Assembly (NCBI GenBank): GCA_951406725.2
Contig: OX597821.1
Location: forward strand, 107,570,001-107,634,000
DNA: 64,000 nt
Reading direction: 5' to 3'
Source of the DNA: Octopus vulgaris
Taxonomy: Eukaryota
Shown here: piece by piece, positions 27,568 through 41,748 of the stretch
Layout of the letters: the number at the start of each line of letters is the position of its first letter
Numbering within the stretch: position 1 is the first letter of the stretch
The notes under the pieces: model-generated
Told to the model about the DNA's origin: nothing
The model's input: the letters and a program-made list of their open reading frames with translations, nothing else
Databases searched by the model: none
Position numbers and translations under genes: made by a program

Positions 27568-27658
27568 TCAGGTGATGTCCTTTTGGGTTGGAGGTCGACG
27601 CACATTGTTCTGTTGGACAGCTTTTACAACCCAGTCGATTCCTTCATGAACACCATCT
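27568..27658 (-). CDS. ARFRP1: ARFRP1 coding exon 7 (terminal)
   Basis: (G)DGVHEGIDWVVKAVQQNNVRRPPTQKDIT*, 91 nt, with the ARFRP1-type RPP..DIT end. The seven exons sum to 609 nt with consistent phases. Confidence 0.96.
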
Positions 27659-28368
27659 CTGGAACAAGAACAAGAAAAATGTGTAAACATATTATATTCT
27701 TTTATTTGTTTCTTTCTCTGTTTATATGTGCGAGTATATTTCTCTTTATGTGTCTGAGGAGAGGGAAAAAGTTTATATCAATTGTATTCAGGCACAGGAG
27801 TGGCTGTGTCATAAATGGCTTGCTTACCAACCACATAGTTCCGGGTTCAGTCCCACTGCATGGCACCTTGGGCAAGTGTCTTCTACATATATTTCATTAT
27901 TTCACTTATGCACAGCAATACTAATAACTTGGTGTCAGAACTTCTAAATAAAATTACACTTCATTTTTGAAGCTTTGATGAAGCTATAAGGTGATACACA
28001 AACACTCAGCTATGAGTGCACTGCATCCGACAGCAGAAACAGTTGTCAGCCAAAGAAATCCATTACATAATTTTTTATTCCTTTGTGACTTATTTAATTT
28101 TTTATATATCATCATTATCGTTTTTAACATCCGCTTTCCATGCTGGGATGGGTTGAGCAATTTGACTGGGGACTGGCAAACCAGTAGGCTGCACCAGGCT
28201 CCAATCTGATTTGGCAAGGTTTCTACAGCTCGATGCCCTTCCTAACACCAACCACTTGGAGAGTGTAGTGCCACCGGCATGGGGAGTCAGTTCGGTGGCA
28301 CTGGCATTGGCCACAACTACAATTTCCTTTATGATTTCGATCTTTATTTGATGGCGATCTTGGTTTTG

Positions 28369-28414
<46 letters not shown>

Positions 28415-28464
28415 CCAATAAAAAACAAAATATATATATAAAATATAAATATATATATATAAAA

Positions 28465-28925
28465 TTTCAATAACGAACAAAATAACTAATGTAAAAGCGG
28501 TGTTATTGTATGGGGCTGAGACACTGCAAACAACAGTTAAGTCAAATAATCAAATACAATCATTCATCAACAGATGCTTGCGTAGTATCCTTAAGATTAG
28601 ATGGCCCGAACACATAAGCAATATGGAGCTATGGCAAGAAAACAAATCAAGTTTTGATTGGGGAGCAAATATCTAAGAAAAAGTGGAAGTGGATTGGTAG
28701 CACAATTAGAAAAGACACACCAAATGTAGCAAAAATTGCTTTACAGTGGAATCCGGATGGTAACAGAAAGAAAGGTAGGCCTAAGAACTCGTGGTGTAGA
28801 TCAACACAAAAGGAACTAGAGAAAGGGGGACATTCATGGCAGAGTATGAGTACAGAAGCGAAAAATTATGCGACATGGAATTCAATTATAAGTGGCCTAT
28901 ACTCCGCATTGGAGGGTTAAAGGCA
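28465..28925 (+). mobile_element. RTE LINE 3' fragment in ARFRP1 intron
   Basis: NVKAVLLYGAET, FINRCLRSILKIRWP, KWKWIGSTIRK, ALQWNPDGNRKKGRPKNSW. Confidence 0.8.
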
Positions 28926-29310
28926 GAAAAAAAAAATATATATATATATAAAATCACCATCATTATTTAACATCCACTTTTGCACACTTGCATGGATTTG
29001 AAAGAATTTGTTGAGGTAGATTTTGTACAACCAAACGCGTATGTTTGTGTGGTACCCTATGTCTCTGATAAGGTCACAGAAATCACAACAGCTGAAGGTC
29101 AGGGGATGCCTTCACTGGAGTTGGCTGATCTTTCAATCATTCATTGCAGACATTTATCTTCTTCATTTCTTTGACAATGGATCTTCAAAATATTTAACAC
29201 TGATCATCATTTTTCCCCCCCATCTTAAAATGAATATTGTCCAAGGTTTATAGGAAACAGATTTTGAGGTTGAAACAGTTAAAACGAAACTAACAGACTA
29301 TTGTACTTAC

Positions 29311-29411
29311 CCTCTTAGAGCAGAGACAGCATCGGCTTTACATTCTCTTGGACCAATTAATGATGGATTGGAACTGAAAATTTTTTTCACTTCATTTAAT
29401 GGAAGACATCC
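29311..29411 (-). CDS. ARFRP1: ARFRP1 coding exon 6
   Basis: GCLPLNEVKKIFSSNPSLIGPRECKADAVSALR(G), 101 nt, G5 motif SAL; ttcag acceptor, GTAAGT donor. Confidence 0.95.
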
Positions 29412-29609
29412 CTGAAAAGAAGATATTGTGAATCAAAATATTAGACATAGGTATAGAAGTGGCTGTGTGGTAAGAAGCTTGCTTCGCAACCACATGATTA
29501 TGGGTTCAGTCCCACTGCGTGGCACCTTGGGCAAGTGTCTGCCACTATATCCTTGTGAGTGGATTTGATAGACAGAACCTGAAAGAACCCCATTGTATAT
29601 ATGTGTGTG

Positions 29610-29669
<60 letters not shown>

Positions 29670-29933
29670 TGTGTTTGTCCTTGCGCCATCGCTTGACAAC
29701 TGAGGTTGGTATGTTTATGTCCCCCTGGCCCTTTTGCTGGTGGCACGTAAAAAGCACCCACTACACTCTCGGAGTGGTTGGCAATAGGAAGGGCATCCAA
29801 CTGTATAAACTTTGGCAAATCAGATTAAATCTGGTGCAGCCTTCTGACTCGCCAGCCCCCAGTCAAACCGTCCAACCCATGCCAGCATGGAAAGTGGTTG
29901 TTAAACAACAGTAACAACGACAATGATGATATA

Positions 29934-30256
29934 TCTCTTATATAAAATCTGTTCTGTCTGTCTGTGTGTCTTCTCGGATCTCAGGCATCCTCCATCCGAT
30001 TGCGCTCAAATTTGTTATGTAGATACCGATGGTATCAGGGCAAGTATAAGTCTTGAAAAAATTACAAAAATTGATTCCAGGTGAGAATGCGATCAATAAA
30101 GCTGTGGGAACATGCATTTGTATGCGCAAGTACGTCAGCTGTTTTACCTGATGAAACGCGTTTAATTCCCTATTCACCTGAGCTTCACGATGACCATCAA
30201 CAAAGCACAGGGGCAGTCATTGAAAGTCGTGGGGTTGGACCTCAGCACTCCCTGCT

Positions 30257-30307
<51 letters not shown>

Positions 30308-30310
30308 TAG
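29934..30310 (+). mobile_element. Helitron remnant with Pif1-helicase fragment
   Basis: A|TC start (tctcttatataaaat). [22 protein letters not shown] at about 30190-30255 is a Pif1 helicase motif. CTAG|T follows (TA)n. Confidence 0.7.
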
Positions 30311-30567
30311 TTTCATCCAGTTTTCATCTACCAGATCCACTCACAAGGCTTTGGTAGGCCCAAGACTTTTGTAAGACAGAACCCAGAAGCATGTGGTTGG
30401 GGAACAAACTTCTTACCACACAGTCACACCTGCGTGGACAAATTTTAAGGAGCGGGGAGTTTGACTGCTATTTCTAGCAGGCTGTCTGAGCACAGGAATC
30501 TGATAAAACTGCAACAATAATTGGTAAGGTACAATGAGAAACAGTACAGCTGATTCGGTTTACTTAC

Positions 30568-30638
30568 TTGCAGATCCTGCTTGTTGGCCAACAGCAGAAG
30601 TGGCACCGTGACAAGAGCCTCATTGGAAATCATTTTAT
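30568..30638 (-). CDS. ARFRP1: ARFRP1 coding exon 5
   Basis: (D)KMISNEALVTVPLLLLANKQDLQ, 71 nt, G4 motif NKQD; ctcag acceptor, GTAAGT donor. Confidence 0.96.
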
Positions 30639-30960
30639 CTGAGAAGAGGAAGAGAGAGAAACAGGGAAAGGGAAATGATTAAGAGTTTGAGCATTTTATG
30701 ACATGAAACACGTTTTTGGAATAAATAACAGAAAATAAAAATAAAAGGGAAAAAATGAAGGAAATTATACATGTATGTGTAATTATATATCTATCAATAT
30801 ATACATCATCATATATATATAAATATGTATGTGTGTGTGTGTATATTACATATGAATACATATGTATATATGTATGTATACATATGCATGTATATATATA
30901 TGCATACATATATATACATATGTATATATGTATGTATATATAGATGCACACATACACACA

Positions 30961-31027
<67 letters not shown>

Positions 31028-31768
31028 GTATAAACATGTTGTGACTACAAATACCCAACAAATAAAATGAGTTCACGGCTGTATCCTACACCAGTTTCAC
31101 ATAACTAGCCCCACCCCATTCAAAAGTACCTTGGATCATAGGGTGACCTGCTGTGCTTGAGAAAACCTACTGAGTCAAGTACATCAACATCAAAATGAAA
31201 ATCATATGGAAACTGTAGTTGTGATACCCATGCCGGTGGCACGTAAAAAGCACCATCCAAACGTGACCGATGTGAGCGCCGTTTTGACTGGCTTCTGTGC
31301 TAGTGGCACATAAAAAGCACCAACCGATTGTGGCTGTTGGTAGCCTCTTCTGGCCCCTGTGCCAGTGGCATGTAAAAAGCACCCACTACACTCAGAGTGG
31401 TTGGCATTAGGAAGGGCATCCAGCTGTAGAAACACTGCCAGATCAGACTGGAGCCTGGTGCAGCATCCTGGCTTCCCAGACCCTGGTCGAACTGTCCAAC
31501 TCATGCTAGCATGGAAAAACAGATGTTAAACAATGATGATGATGATGATATATATATATACAGTGCTTGCAAAACAAGACCCCTACCACAACAGATTCGG
31601 GCACAGTATTGATGGCAGTGAAAATATGATAGGGGAACAGGAAAAGATGTATTGCTGAAGAGATGAATACATGGCTAAGACAGATAGATAAACAGAGAGA
31701 GAGAGAGGGATACAGAGAGATGGTGGGGCATACCCTCAAGGCACACAATATCTCTTTTCATTGTTGTG

Positions 31769-31799
<31 letters not shown>

Positions 31800-32548
31800 C
31801 AGCAGTAGTAGTAAGGAGGATGGGAACAGGATATATAGGCATATAAATTTTGTTCAGCAGTTACAGAGGAACATACATTCTTGTAGCAGTAAAAGAGATT
31901 TGGCAGAGTGAGTTAGGGAACAGAGGATCAAACTACTGGGTGAGAATCTACACATTCCACACAGACACACACAGTATTTCTCTCTCAATAACAACAAAAA
32001 CCTGTCATTATAGTGAAAGTCCTTTTTTAAACTCTGTGCTGCATTCTTTATATGTTGAAAGACATACAGAAACATACACACACACATACACACAAGCAAC
32101 CAAATAGCTTTTATGTCTTATATACATATACATATAGCAATTATTTTGAAGTTCATGTTGTGTTGTGTTGATAGACTTGCACTTAAAATTCCAGCATTTT
32201 TAATCAAAACTTTCTAGTTACTATGGTGACAACACTGCCTGTCTATTTTCCTATCTCTCTTTCACGCATACGCATACTCTCTCTCTCTCTCTCTCTCTTT
32301 CTCTGAATTTCTTGCTCAAAAACAACTTTCTCTCCTCCTCTTCTAAATAAACATTGTGACAGGGGTTATCTCCCATGTTATTCCTCTCCTTCTTCCCTCT
32401 AATAGACGTTGCAACAGACAAACAGACAGAGACCAGCTTCTCTTTTATAATATAAGATATGGTAAGAAAGGGGTTAACCATAGATCTAATATGTCTGCTC
32501 AATCTAAGATGGTCTGGGATTCATCTACTACTACTTCTGCTGCTACGG

Positions 32549-32579
<31 letters not shown>

Positions 32580-33869
32580 AACAATGAAAAGAGATATAAG
32601 CATTGTTGCAATGTAGTATAAAGTCATGTGGTAGCAAATATTTCACAACATTGCCGACAAAGACATCTATAATTTATCTTCACTTTCCCCAGTAAAGTAA
32701 CAATTACTACTACTACTACTACTACTACTACAAAAGCAGAAATGCATTTGAAATGTACGAAATAAAAACAAAATTTCCTACTAACAAAGTTTGATGTAGG
32801 AATACATTACGTATATAAAGGATGCCAGACGAATTGCATGGGCTTTTAACGAAAACAATGATATTAATACAGAGTAGCACTTATCAATCTCAAGAGATAT
32901 CCAAGCACTGGGGAGCGAGTGGAAGTGTCAGGTGGGGGAAGGGGGGTGAAATCAGGAAGATTCCAATGTGTGTAGAATGGCAAGAACACATCAATGCTAA
33001 TTGTGTCCTTGTCAAGATTTCTCCGGTAAAAGTTCTATTGAAGAACTAGCGGAAGTTTAGAAAGCAAGAGAAATGTCTTGAGAACAATGCAAGCCTGTCA
33101 GAAGAATTCTTGCCAGCTAAAATAATCTTAATTCCATTTACCAATTTCCAGAAATTAACATACACCAATTTGATATGCCTGAGGCATATGAAAATGGCTT
33201 ATAATTTCGCACTTACATCATCATCATCAGCGCCATCATTTAATGACCATTTTCCAGGTGGAAAGGGTTGGACGATTTGAATGGAACTGGCAAGCCAGGG
33301 GACTGCACCAGGCTCTGCTGTCTGATTTGGCAAGGTTTCTACACCAACCACTTTACAGAGTGTACTGGGTGCTTTTTAGGTGACACCAACATCAGAGGGG
33401 TTGCCAAGTAGCTTACAAAACAAAGACCCCTCAGCTGGGAGAGGGAATGGTACAGAGGGAGGTGAGAGGTTAGAGAATTGAGGGGCAGAAACAGGCTTTG
33501 CACTACCCTAGTAAGAAAAGAAAGATGGAGTAAAAGACAGAGAGAGAGAGAGAAATAGATGGTGTTGAAGATGTAAAGCAAAGTTCCTTGGGGAAGAGGG
33601 GAAGAAGAGATTGTAGCAAGTGAGGATAAGAGAAATTGAGATGGCTTGGGAAGAGGGCTATGATAGATATGCAAGGACATGTAGAGTGTGCAAGTAGACA
33701 CTTGAGGGAGACTGGAGGGACCTGCAGTGGGTGGAGATCATGGTTGAGGGGAAAGTGATGTTGAGAAAAAACAGTTACAGGAGGATACATACACACACAC
33801 AAATATGCTTGAGGTATATTTGAACTTGTAATAAAGCCATTTACATATATATATATATATATCGATTTA

Positions 33870-34255
33870 GGATCAGAATCGAAATCGATCAATGGAAATT
33901 GCAGATGTGTTACCAGTGCCGGTGGCATGTAAGAGAACATTCCGTTTCGCGACCGTTGCCAGCACCGCCCCGTTTCGTGTCCAGCCTCGCCTGGCCCTCG
34001 TGCCGGTGGCACATAAAATGCACCATCCGTTCGTGGCTGTTTGCCAGCTCTGTCTGGCACCTGTGCGGGTGGCACGTAAAAAGCACCCACTACACTCGCG
34101 GAGTGGTTGGCGTTAGGAAGGGCATCCAGCCGTAGAAACACTGCCAGATTTGACTGGGCCTGATGAAGCCTTCTGGCTTCACAGACCCCAGTAGAACTGT
34201 CCAACCCATGCTAGCATGGAAAGTGGACGCTAAACGATGATGATGATGATGATGA
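33870..34255 (+). mobile_element. SINE family C with (GAT)n tail and internal ~60-bp tandem subrepeats (other copies e.g. 31200-31550, 35300-35590, 41380-41700, 46610-46812)
   Basis: Shared core gagtggttggcgttaggaagggcatccagctgtagaaac...catggaaagcggacgttaaacgatgatgat; variable number of gccggtggcacataaaa units. Confidence 0.75.
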
Positions 34256-34344
34256 CACCATAGTAAGCACATAAATGCAAAACAAGGTGGAAAAAAATAG
34301 TACTTGAATACCCAAGGTAGAGTAATATGCTTTTTAAGAAGGTG

Positions 34345-34383
<39 letters not shown>

Positions 34384-34660
34384 TCGTCATTTAATGCCCG
34401 CTTTCCATGCTAGCATGGGTTGGACGATTTGACTGAGAACTGGCAAACCAGATGGCTGCACTAGGCTCCAATCTTATACTGGCAGAGTTTCTACAGCTGG
34501 ATGCCCTTCCTAACTCCAACCACTCCGAGAGTGTAGTGGGTGCTTTTACATGCCACCGGCACGCGGGCCAGTCAGGCGGTACTGGCAGTGGCCACACACA
34601 AATGGTGTTTTTTACGTGCCACCTACACAGGAGCCAGTCCAGCGGGACTGGCAAATGTAT

Positions 34661-34885
34661 TAGCATTTTATAAGTTTCAGGTTTATAAGTGATCACCATG
34701 CAACTACTAAAGAAAATAGTCTAATAATGGGGCATATAAGCCCTTGACGAAAAAAAGTAAGTTTTCCTATACACGTGGGAAAACCTACTTTTTTCTGTTG
34801 AGGGTTTGTATGCCCCATTATTAGACTATTTTCATTTGTCATTGCATGGTGATCTCTTATAAGCTTAAAGCTTCTGAAATACTGT
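34661..34885. repeat. Long imperfect palindrome (fold-back MITE remnant)
   Basis: ~105-bp arms around a tatacacgtg spacer, e.g. aaaatagtctaataatggggcata / tatgccccattattagactatttt. Confidence 0.75.
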
Positions 34886-35215
34886 TATTATTATTTACAG
34901 AATAGTAAAAATCTATACTGCTTACCAAAATAACCATTGCGTATATATATGAGAGGCATTGGTGTCCAGAAGACCCAAGGTGGCAGGTAATGCTATGTAA
35001 GTGCTATGGAAGGCCTGTAGTTAAACTATCGGTACGATAATGATACAAGTGAGGAGTCTAATGCGGGTCTTGAATGAGCACGTATATGTTAAATAAAATG
35101 AGACAATAAAGCCAAGGCTGTGTGGAATTTTTAGGCCATTTCACATCGTCACTGATGAAGGGATATCCCTAATATACCAGAAACAGCTGTAAGACTAACT
35201 TTCTCTTTATATATG

Positions 35216-35266
<51 letters not shown>

Positions 35267-35593
35267 GTATATATATACATAAGTATGTATATATACATAA
35301 GAAAACACCATCCGAGCGTGGCCGTCTGCCAGCCTCGTCTGGCACCTGTGTCGGTGGCACATAAAAACACCATCCGAGCGTGGCCGTCTGCCAGCCTCGT
35401 CTGGCACCTGTGTCGGTGGCACATAAAATCACCCACTACACTCTCGGAGTGGTTGGCGTTAGGAAGGGCATCCAGCTGTAGAAACACTGCCACATCTGAC
35501 TGGCCTGGTGCAGCCTTCGGGCTTCCCAGACCCCAGTTGAACCGTCCAACCCATGCTAGCATGGAAAGCGGACGTTAAACGATGATGATGATG

Positions 35594-35641
<48 letters not shown>

Positions 35642-36020
35642 ATTTTTTAAAAAAATAGAAAAAGACAATCAAAAAACAATGTGAGGATGTAGCACATGCA
35701 AAGTATTAACAAGTTGCTCAGAATAGGAAAAGAGTGGTTGTTTTATGTTTTGAGCATAGCACTTCTTCGGAAACCGGAAACAGAGGAAAGTCCAAAAGAA
35801 GAGGAAGAAGCAAGAAAAAAAAATCACCAACAGTCCATATGTAGAGTTATTATATATATAAGCAGGAGTGGGTGTGTGGTAAGTAGCTTGCTTACCAACC
35901 ACATGATTCCGGGTTCAGGCCCACTGTGCGTCACCTTCGGCAAGTGTCTACAACTATAGCCTTGGGCCGACCAAAGCCTTGTGAGTAGATTTGGTAGACG
36001 GAAACTGAAAGTAGCCCGTC

Positions 36021-36055
<35 letters not shown>

Positions 36056-37926
36056 AATGTATATATGTATGTATGTATGTATGTGTGTGTTTGTGTCTGT
36101 GTTTGTCCCTTCACCATTGGTTGACAACTGATGTTGGTGTCTTTATGTCCCCGTAACTTAGCAGTTCAGCAAAAAAAAACTGATAGTATAAGTACTTGGC
36201 TTACAAAGAATAAGTCATGGAGTCGATTTGTTCAACTAAAGGTGGTACTCCAGTATGGCCGCAGTCAAATGACTGAAACAGATAAAAGAATAAAAGCATA
36301 TACACACACACACATACACACACTCATACACAATAGGCTTCCTTCAATTTCCATTTCCCAAAACCTCCTGCAAGGCTTTGGTCAGCCTGAGGTTATAGCG
36401 GAAAGCATTTGACCAAGGTGCTGCTGCCCAGTGGAACTGAACCTAGAATCAAGATTGTTGTCACACACACACATAATGTGAATCCCCGTCAAGGTCTCAT
36501 TGTGATCCCTTGGGTTTCCCCGGTAGCGGAGTGAGCCCACTGACATACCTCCATGTCAGCAAAAGGTCTCTCACTCAAAGTCAAGGCAAAGGAAGATGAC
36601 TCACTGAGACATGAGCCTGGTGGAAGATATGATGTAATACTTTGGTGCTGCTTCAACACAATACATTAATAAGCATTAAGGGTTCAGAGGTCAGGAAGTC
36701 GGAGTTCAAGAGGAAACGGCCACTTCTCTGCATGAGTTTGTAACATAACGTTCACATAAAAATTGTCTATAACAGTTAACAGCAATGACACATATACACA
36801 TAAACACACACACACACACACACAAACATGCACGTGCATAGACGCACACATATACTTATCCTAATTCAAATATTTAACAAATGTACAACAGCATATTCAA
36901 GAACACTGATTATCTTCAAGCCGTAGAAGCAAGTGTATAAATACATATATACATATATATGTATATATACATTCCTACATATATGAGTGTGTGTGTGTGT
37001 GTTAATATATATATATATATATATATCCGTAATAATGAAGGGTGAAATTAATTTATATATACTCTTCTACTTGTTTCAGTCATTTGACTGAGGCCATGTA
37101 GGAGCATCGCCTTTAGTCGAGCAAATCGACCCCAGGACTTATTCTTCGTAAGCTTAGTACTTATTCTATCGGTCTCTTTTGCCGAACCGCTAAGTTACGG
37201 TGACGTAAACACACCAGCATCGGTTGTCAAGCAATGTAGGAAGGACAAACACAGACACACAAACATATACACACACACACACGTATATATATACATATAT
37301 ACGACGGGCTTCTTTCAGTTTCCGTCTACCAAATCCACCGACAGGCTTTGGTTGACCTGAGGCTATAGTAGAAGACACTTGCCCAAGGTGCCACGCAGAG
37401 GGACATACTCATATATATATATGTATATATACAGTCTTACATATATGTATAAATAAATCAATACATATGTATATATATGTGTATATACATACATAAACAT
37501 ACACATGCAGACACACACACACACACAAACACATACACACATTCAAGTATACATAGTCATACACAAGTACATAAACGTACAGAGATATATAGAACTATGC
37601 ATGCTTGCATACTCACGTTGTTTACTTTATTATTTGTTGTTTTTAGTGTAACATATGTGTCAGTGTGTATAAAATGTGTGTGTGTGTGTATAGAAAAATA
37701 TATGTATGTATATACACACACATAGGTACACATATATATATATATATATATACGCAAATATATTATACATATGCATAGACGTATATAATATATATCTACA
37801 CATAAAACACAACCATATATATATATATACACGCACACACATATGTATATATATGTCCAACCCATGCTAGCATGGAAAACGGATGCTAAACGATGATGAT
37901 GATGATGATATGTGATATATTTATAC

Positions 37927-37959
<33 letters not shown>

Positions 37960-38076
37960 TATGTATATACATGTGATATATTCACATATACATATATACA
38001 CATCTATATATACATATATACACATATACATATGCATAGATACATATAATATATATATCTAGACATAAAATACAAC

Positions 38077-38142
<66 letters not shown>

Positions 38143-39568
38143 TATGTATATACATGTGATATATACACACATATATACACATGTAGCTACACATCTATCT
38201 ACATAAATAATTTACTATGTCCACAAGGTACGAGTTTAGACACACAGCACAGTGAAGAATCAAGTGTCCAGAAAAGGCAGAGATGATGGGGTGGGGGTGT
38301 AGACGATGATTACGATAATGAAGAGTGAGATGATAGATGTTGTTGTCAATGCCGACAACCAAGATAATGATAGCGAAAATGAATAAAAAGATAATCTTTG
38401 GCTAATACTGTCCATAATGGTAGCCAATCTTCTTGGTAAAGTAGTCATATTGATAAAAAGGCAATGACGAAAAGCATTTCCAAATGATGACAAGAAATTG
38501 GTGCTAGGAAGATATGGAGGTGGTGAAGAAGCAGGGAGATTGCGGCACCCTTAGGGGTTCGGAAGAGAACAATGACACCATAAAAATTTCATCTGTCATT
38601 CGTTTGGATAATTACGAAGCAGACTAGGAATTTCGAAGAAACATATCAATCAGACGTCTGGTTCTACAACGGGTTTTCAAATTGTGTGAGAAAATATTTC
38701 AAGAGAAATTAATGAAGAATTTCAACCCCGCTCCCACAAACACACACACAACACTTCTTGGTAAGGACCACCTAACCACAGTAAGTGCTTTATTAAAAGA
38801 AGACATCGATATAAGATGCTAAATACCATATATGGCTTTAAGCAACACAAAGCATTTGTAACAACAACAAAAATACTGTTTCTAGCCAAAAAAATAAACT
38901 TATTTCATAAAGTAGCTTTTAGTTTAAGTAACATTTGATGAAAGAAATGGTTTTGATATTTTAGCTGACAGGAAACTGATTATGAAGGAAAGGTATGAGA
39001 ATCAGAAAATGCCTAAGATTCTTAAGAAAATAAAAAAAAAAGTGGGCGGGAGTGTAAAGACCCTTCCCGAGTCACATAGACTCATAAGGGCCAGTTTCCT
39101 GGTTTCTGTGGCATTTATATTCACCCCTGGATAGGATGCCAGTCTGTGTCAATGTTACTCACTTTTTGCCAACTGAGTGAAGCGACATGAAATGAAGTGT
39201 TTTGCGCCAGAACACAATGCATTGCCTGGTCCAGGAGTTGAAACCGTGATCTTATGGTCATGAGTCCAACACCCCTAACTACTAGGCCGCATGTCTTCAC
39301 TATTCATAAGGTTACCAGAACTATAAATGATATATCTGAGATGCACGCGTGGCTGCGTGGTAAGAAGTAATGGGAACATAAGCAAACCAACAACATTTGT
39401 CAAGCAGCAGGAGGTGTAAGACAAATAAATACACACACAAACACACACACAAATAGACTCTCCCATTGAAGACATACTATGAGTGTTCACCTTTTATAAA
39501 ATTCAAAGTAAAAACAGCTTATCTTCTGTTGGGAAGTGTGTGTATGTGGTGGGGGGCAAATATATATA

Positions 39569-39602
<34 letters not shown>

Positions 39603-40647
39603 AATATTCCTCTTTCATGGTTCCATCAACCAAATTCTGTCACAAGGCATTCTTTTCTACTCTAGGCACAGAGCCCGAAATTTTTGGAGAGGTGGGGGCC
39701 AGTTGATTTGATCAACCCCAGTATGCAGCTGGTACTTAATTTATCGATCCTGAAAGGATGAAAAGCAAAGTCGACCTCGGCGGAATTTGAACCCAGAACA
39801 TAAAGACAGACAAAATACCTATTTCTTTACGAACCCACAAGGGGCTAAATACAGAAGGGACAAACAAGGACAGACAAATGGATTAAGTCGATTATATCGA
39901 CCCCAGTGCGTAACTGGTACTTATTTAATCGACCCCGAAAGGATGAAAGGCAAAGTCGACCTCGGCGGAATTTGAACTCAGAACGTAGCGGCAGACGAAA
40001 TACCGCTAAGCATTTCGCCCGGCGTGCTAACATTTCTGCCAGCTCATTGCCTTATGTCACAAGGCATTCAATGGCATCAAAAATATTGTAGAAGACACTT
40101 GCCCAAAGTGCCACACAGTAGGACTGAACCCTAAATTACACGGTTGTAAATCGGGTTTCTTAACCGTACAGCCATGCCTTTGCTTGAAATATTCTTTGTA
40201 ACAATTCTAAATTCTTTTAGTTTTCTTACAATTTTCACACTCATCTCTAACCTTGTTGTGTCTTATTCTTTCATTCTTTCGCTCATTAATTACCATTCCA
40301 TTCACATTATTTCCTCTGTGGAACAACACAAAAGAAAATGACCGTTTTTGGCAAATAAAGCACTGGAAATGCCAAAAAGAACCAGTTGAGAATATTTTTC
40401 AATCTTCGTTCTACTTCTTAAAGATATCGAGGACCATATATTAAACTTTGGCAGACAGGTGGAATGGCATCTTTGTAATTAGGGGACAAAGATGGGCTAA
40501 GAAAAGAGTAAGTATCAAATGATGCAATGCTTTTGGAATATCAGAACAAAAAAAAAAGACAAAAGTAGCATTGTAATATGTTTCTTTTCTGTAAATGTAA
40601 ACAAACACACACACATACATACACACATATATAAATAAATACAAATA

Positions 40648-40669
<22 letters not shown>

Positions 40670-40678
<9 letters not shown>

Positions 40679-40844
40679 CCTCTGTCTTCCCTTCTCTGGA
40701 TCTTTCATTCTCCTATGTTTCCGACGAAGAGCACCGCTCAAAACGTTAAACCCTCCTTCTTTCCTGAGCATCCAATAATACTATATTTGTTCCACGTCCT
40801 CGCGTTGTTGTGTTTTCTCTTTGTGTTTTCATGTTTGGATTAAC

Positions 40845-40845
<1 letters not shown>
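40670..40845 (+). mobile_element. Solo PLE-terminus element; hammerhead has G12 mutated to A
   Basis: Matches 19693-19875 and lies inside (TA)n; GAAA reads AAAA at 40740. Confidence 0.8.
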
Positions 40846-40899
<54 letters not shown>

Positions 40900-41270
40900 T
40901 CTTTTATTTGTTCCAGTCATATAACTGCAGCCATGCTGGAGCACCGCACTTTAGTCGAACAAATCGACCCCAGGACTTGTTCTTTGAAAGCCTGGTACTT
41001 ATTCTATCGTAAACACACTAACATCAGTTGTCAAGCAATGTTGGTGGGGACAAACACTGACACACAAAAATACACAGACAGATATATATATATATATATA
41101 ATATATATACGACAGGCTTCTTTCAGATTCTGTCTACCAAATCCACTCACAATACTTTGGTCGGCCCGAGGCTACATTAGAAGATTCTTGCCCGAGGTGC
41201 TACATAGTGGGACTGAACCTGGAACAAAGCAGTTGGAAAGCAAGCTACTTAACACACAGCCACTCCTGCG

Positions 41271-41312
<42 letters not shown>

Positions 41313-41694
41313 CACACACACACACACACACACAAATAGAAATATACATGTGTGTATATGGATAAACAGACAGACAGATACCCATGCTGGTGGCATGTAA
41401 AGAACATCATTCAAGCGTTGGGCCTCACAGAGGCAAAGACTGAGACCTTTGGTATTATGTCATGTTTGAGAAGAAGAAGACCCATCAAGCTGACTGGTGT
41501 CACGCAAATGGCACCCATGCCAGTGGCACATAAGAGCAACCATTACACTCTCGGAGTGGTTGGTGTTAGGAATGGTATCTAGCTGTAGAAAACCATGCCA
41601 AATCAGACAGGAGTCTCGTGCAGCCTTCCAGCTTACCAGCCCTGGTCAAACCGTCCAACCCATGCCAGCATGGACAATGGACGTTTGATGATGA

Positions 41695-41748
<54 letters not shown>

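Noticed and set aside
30135-30165. CTGATGAAACGCGT hammerhead-like string
   Set aside because: No stem II between CTGATGA and GAAA; it lies within a Helitron helicase remnant.
38250-38720. Possible retroelement ORF remnant (also 48729-49004)
   Set aside because: No recognisable motif across frames; too decayed to call.
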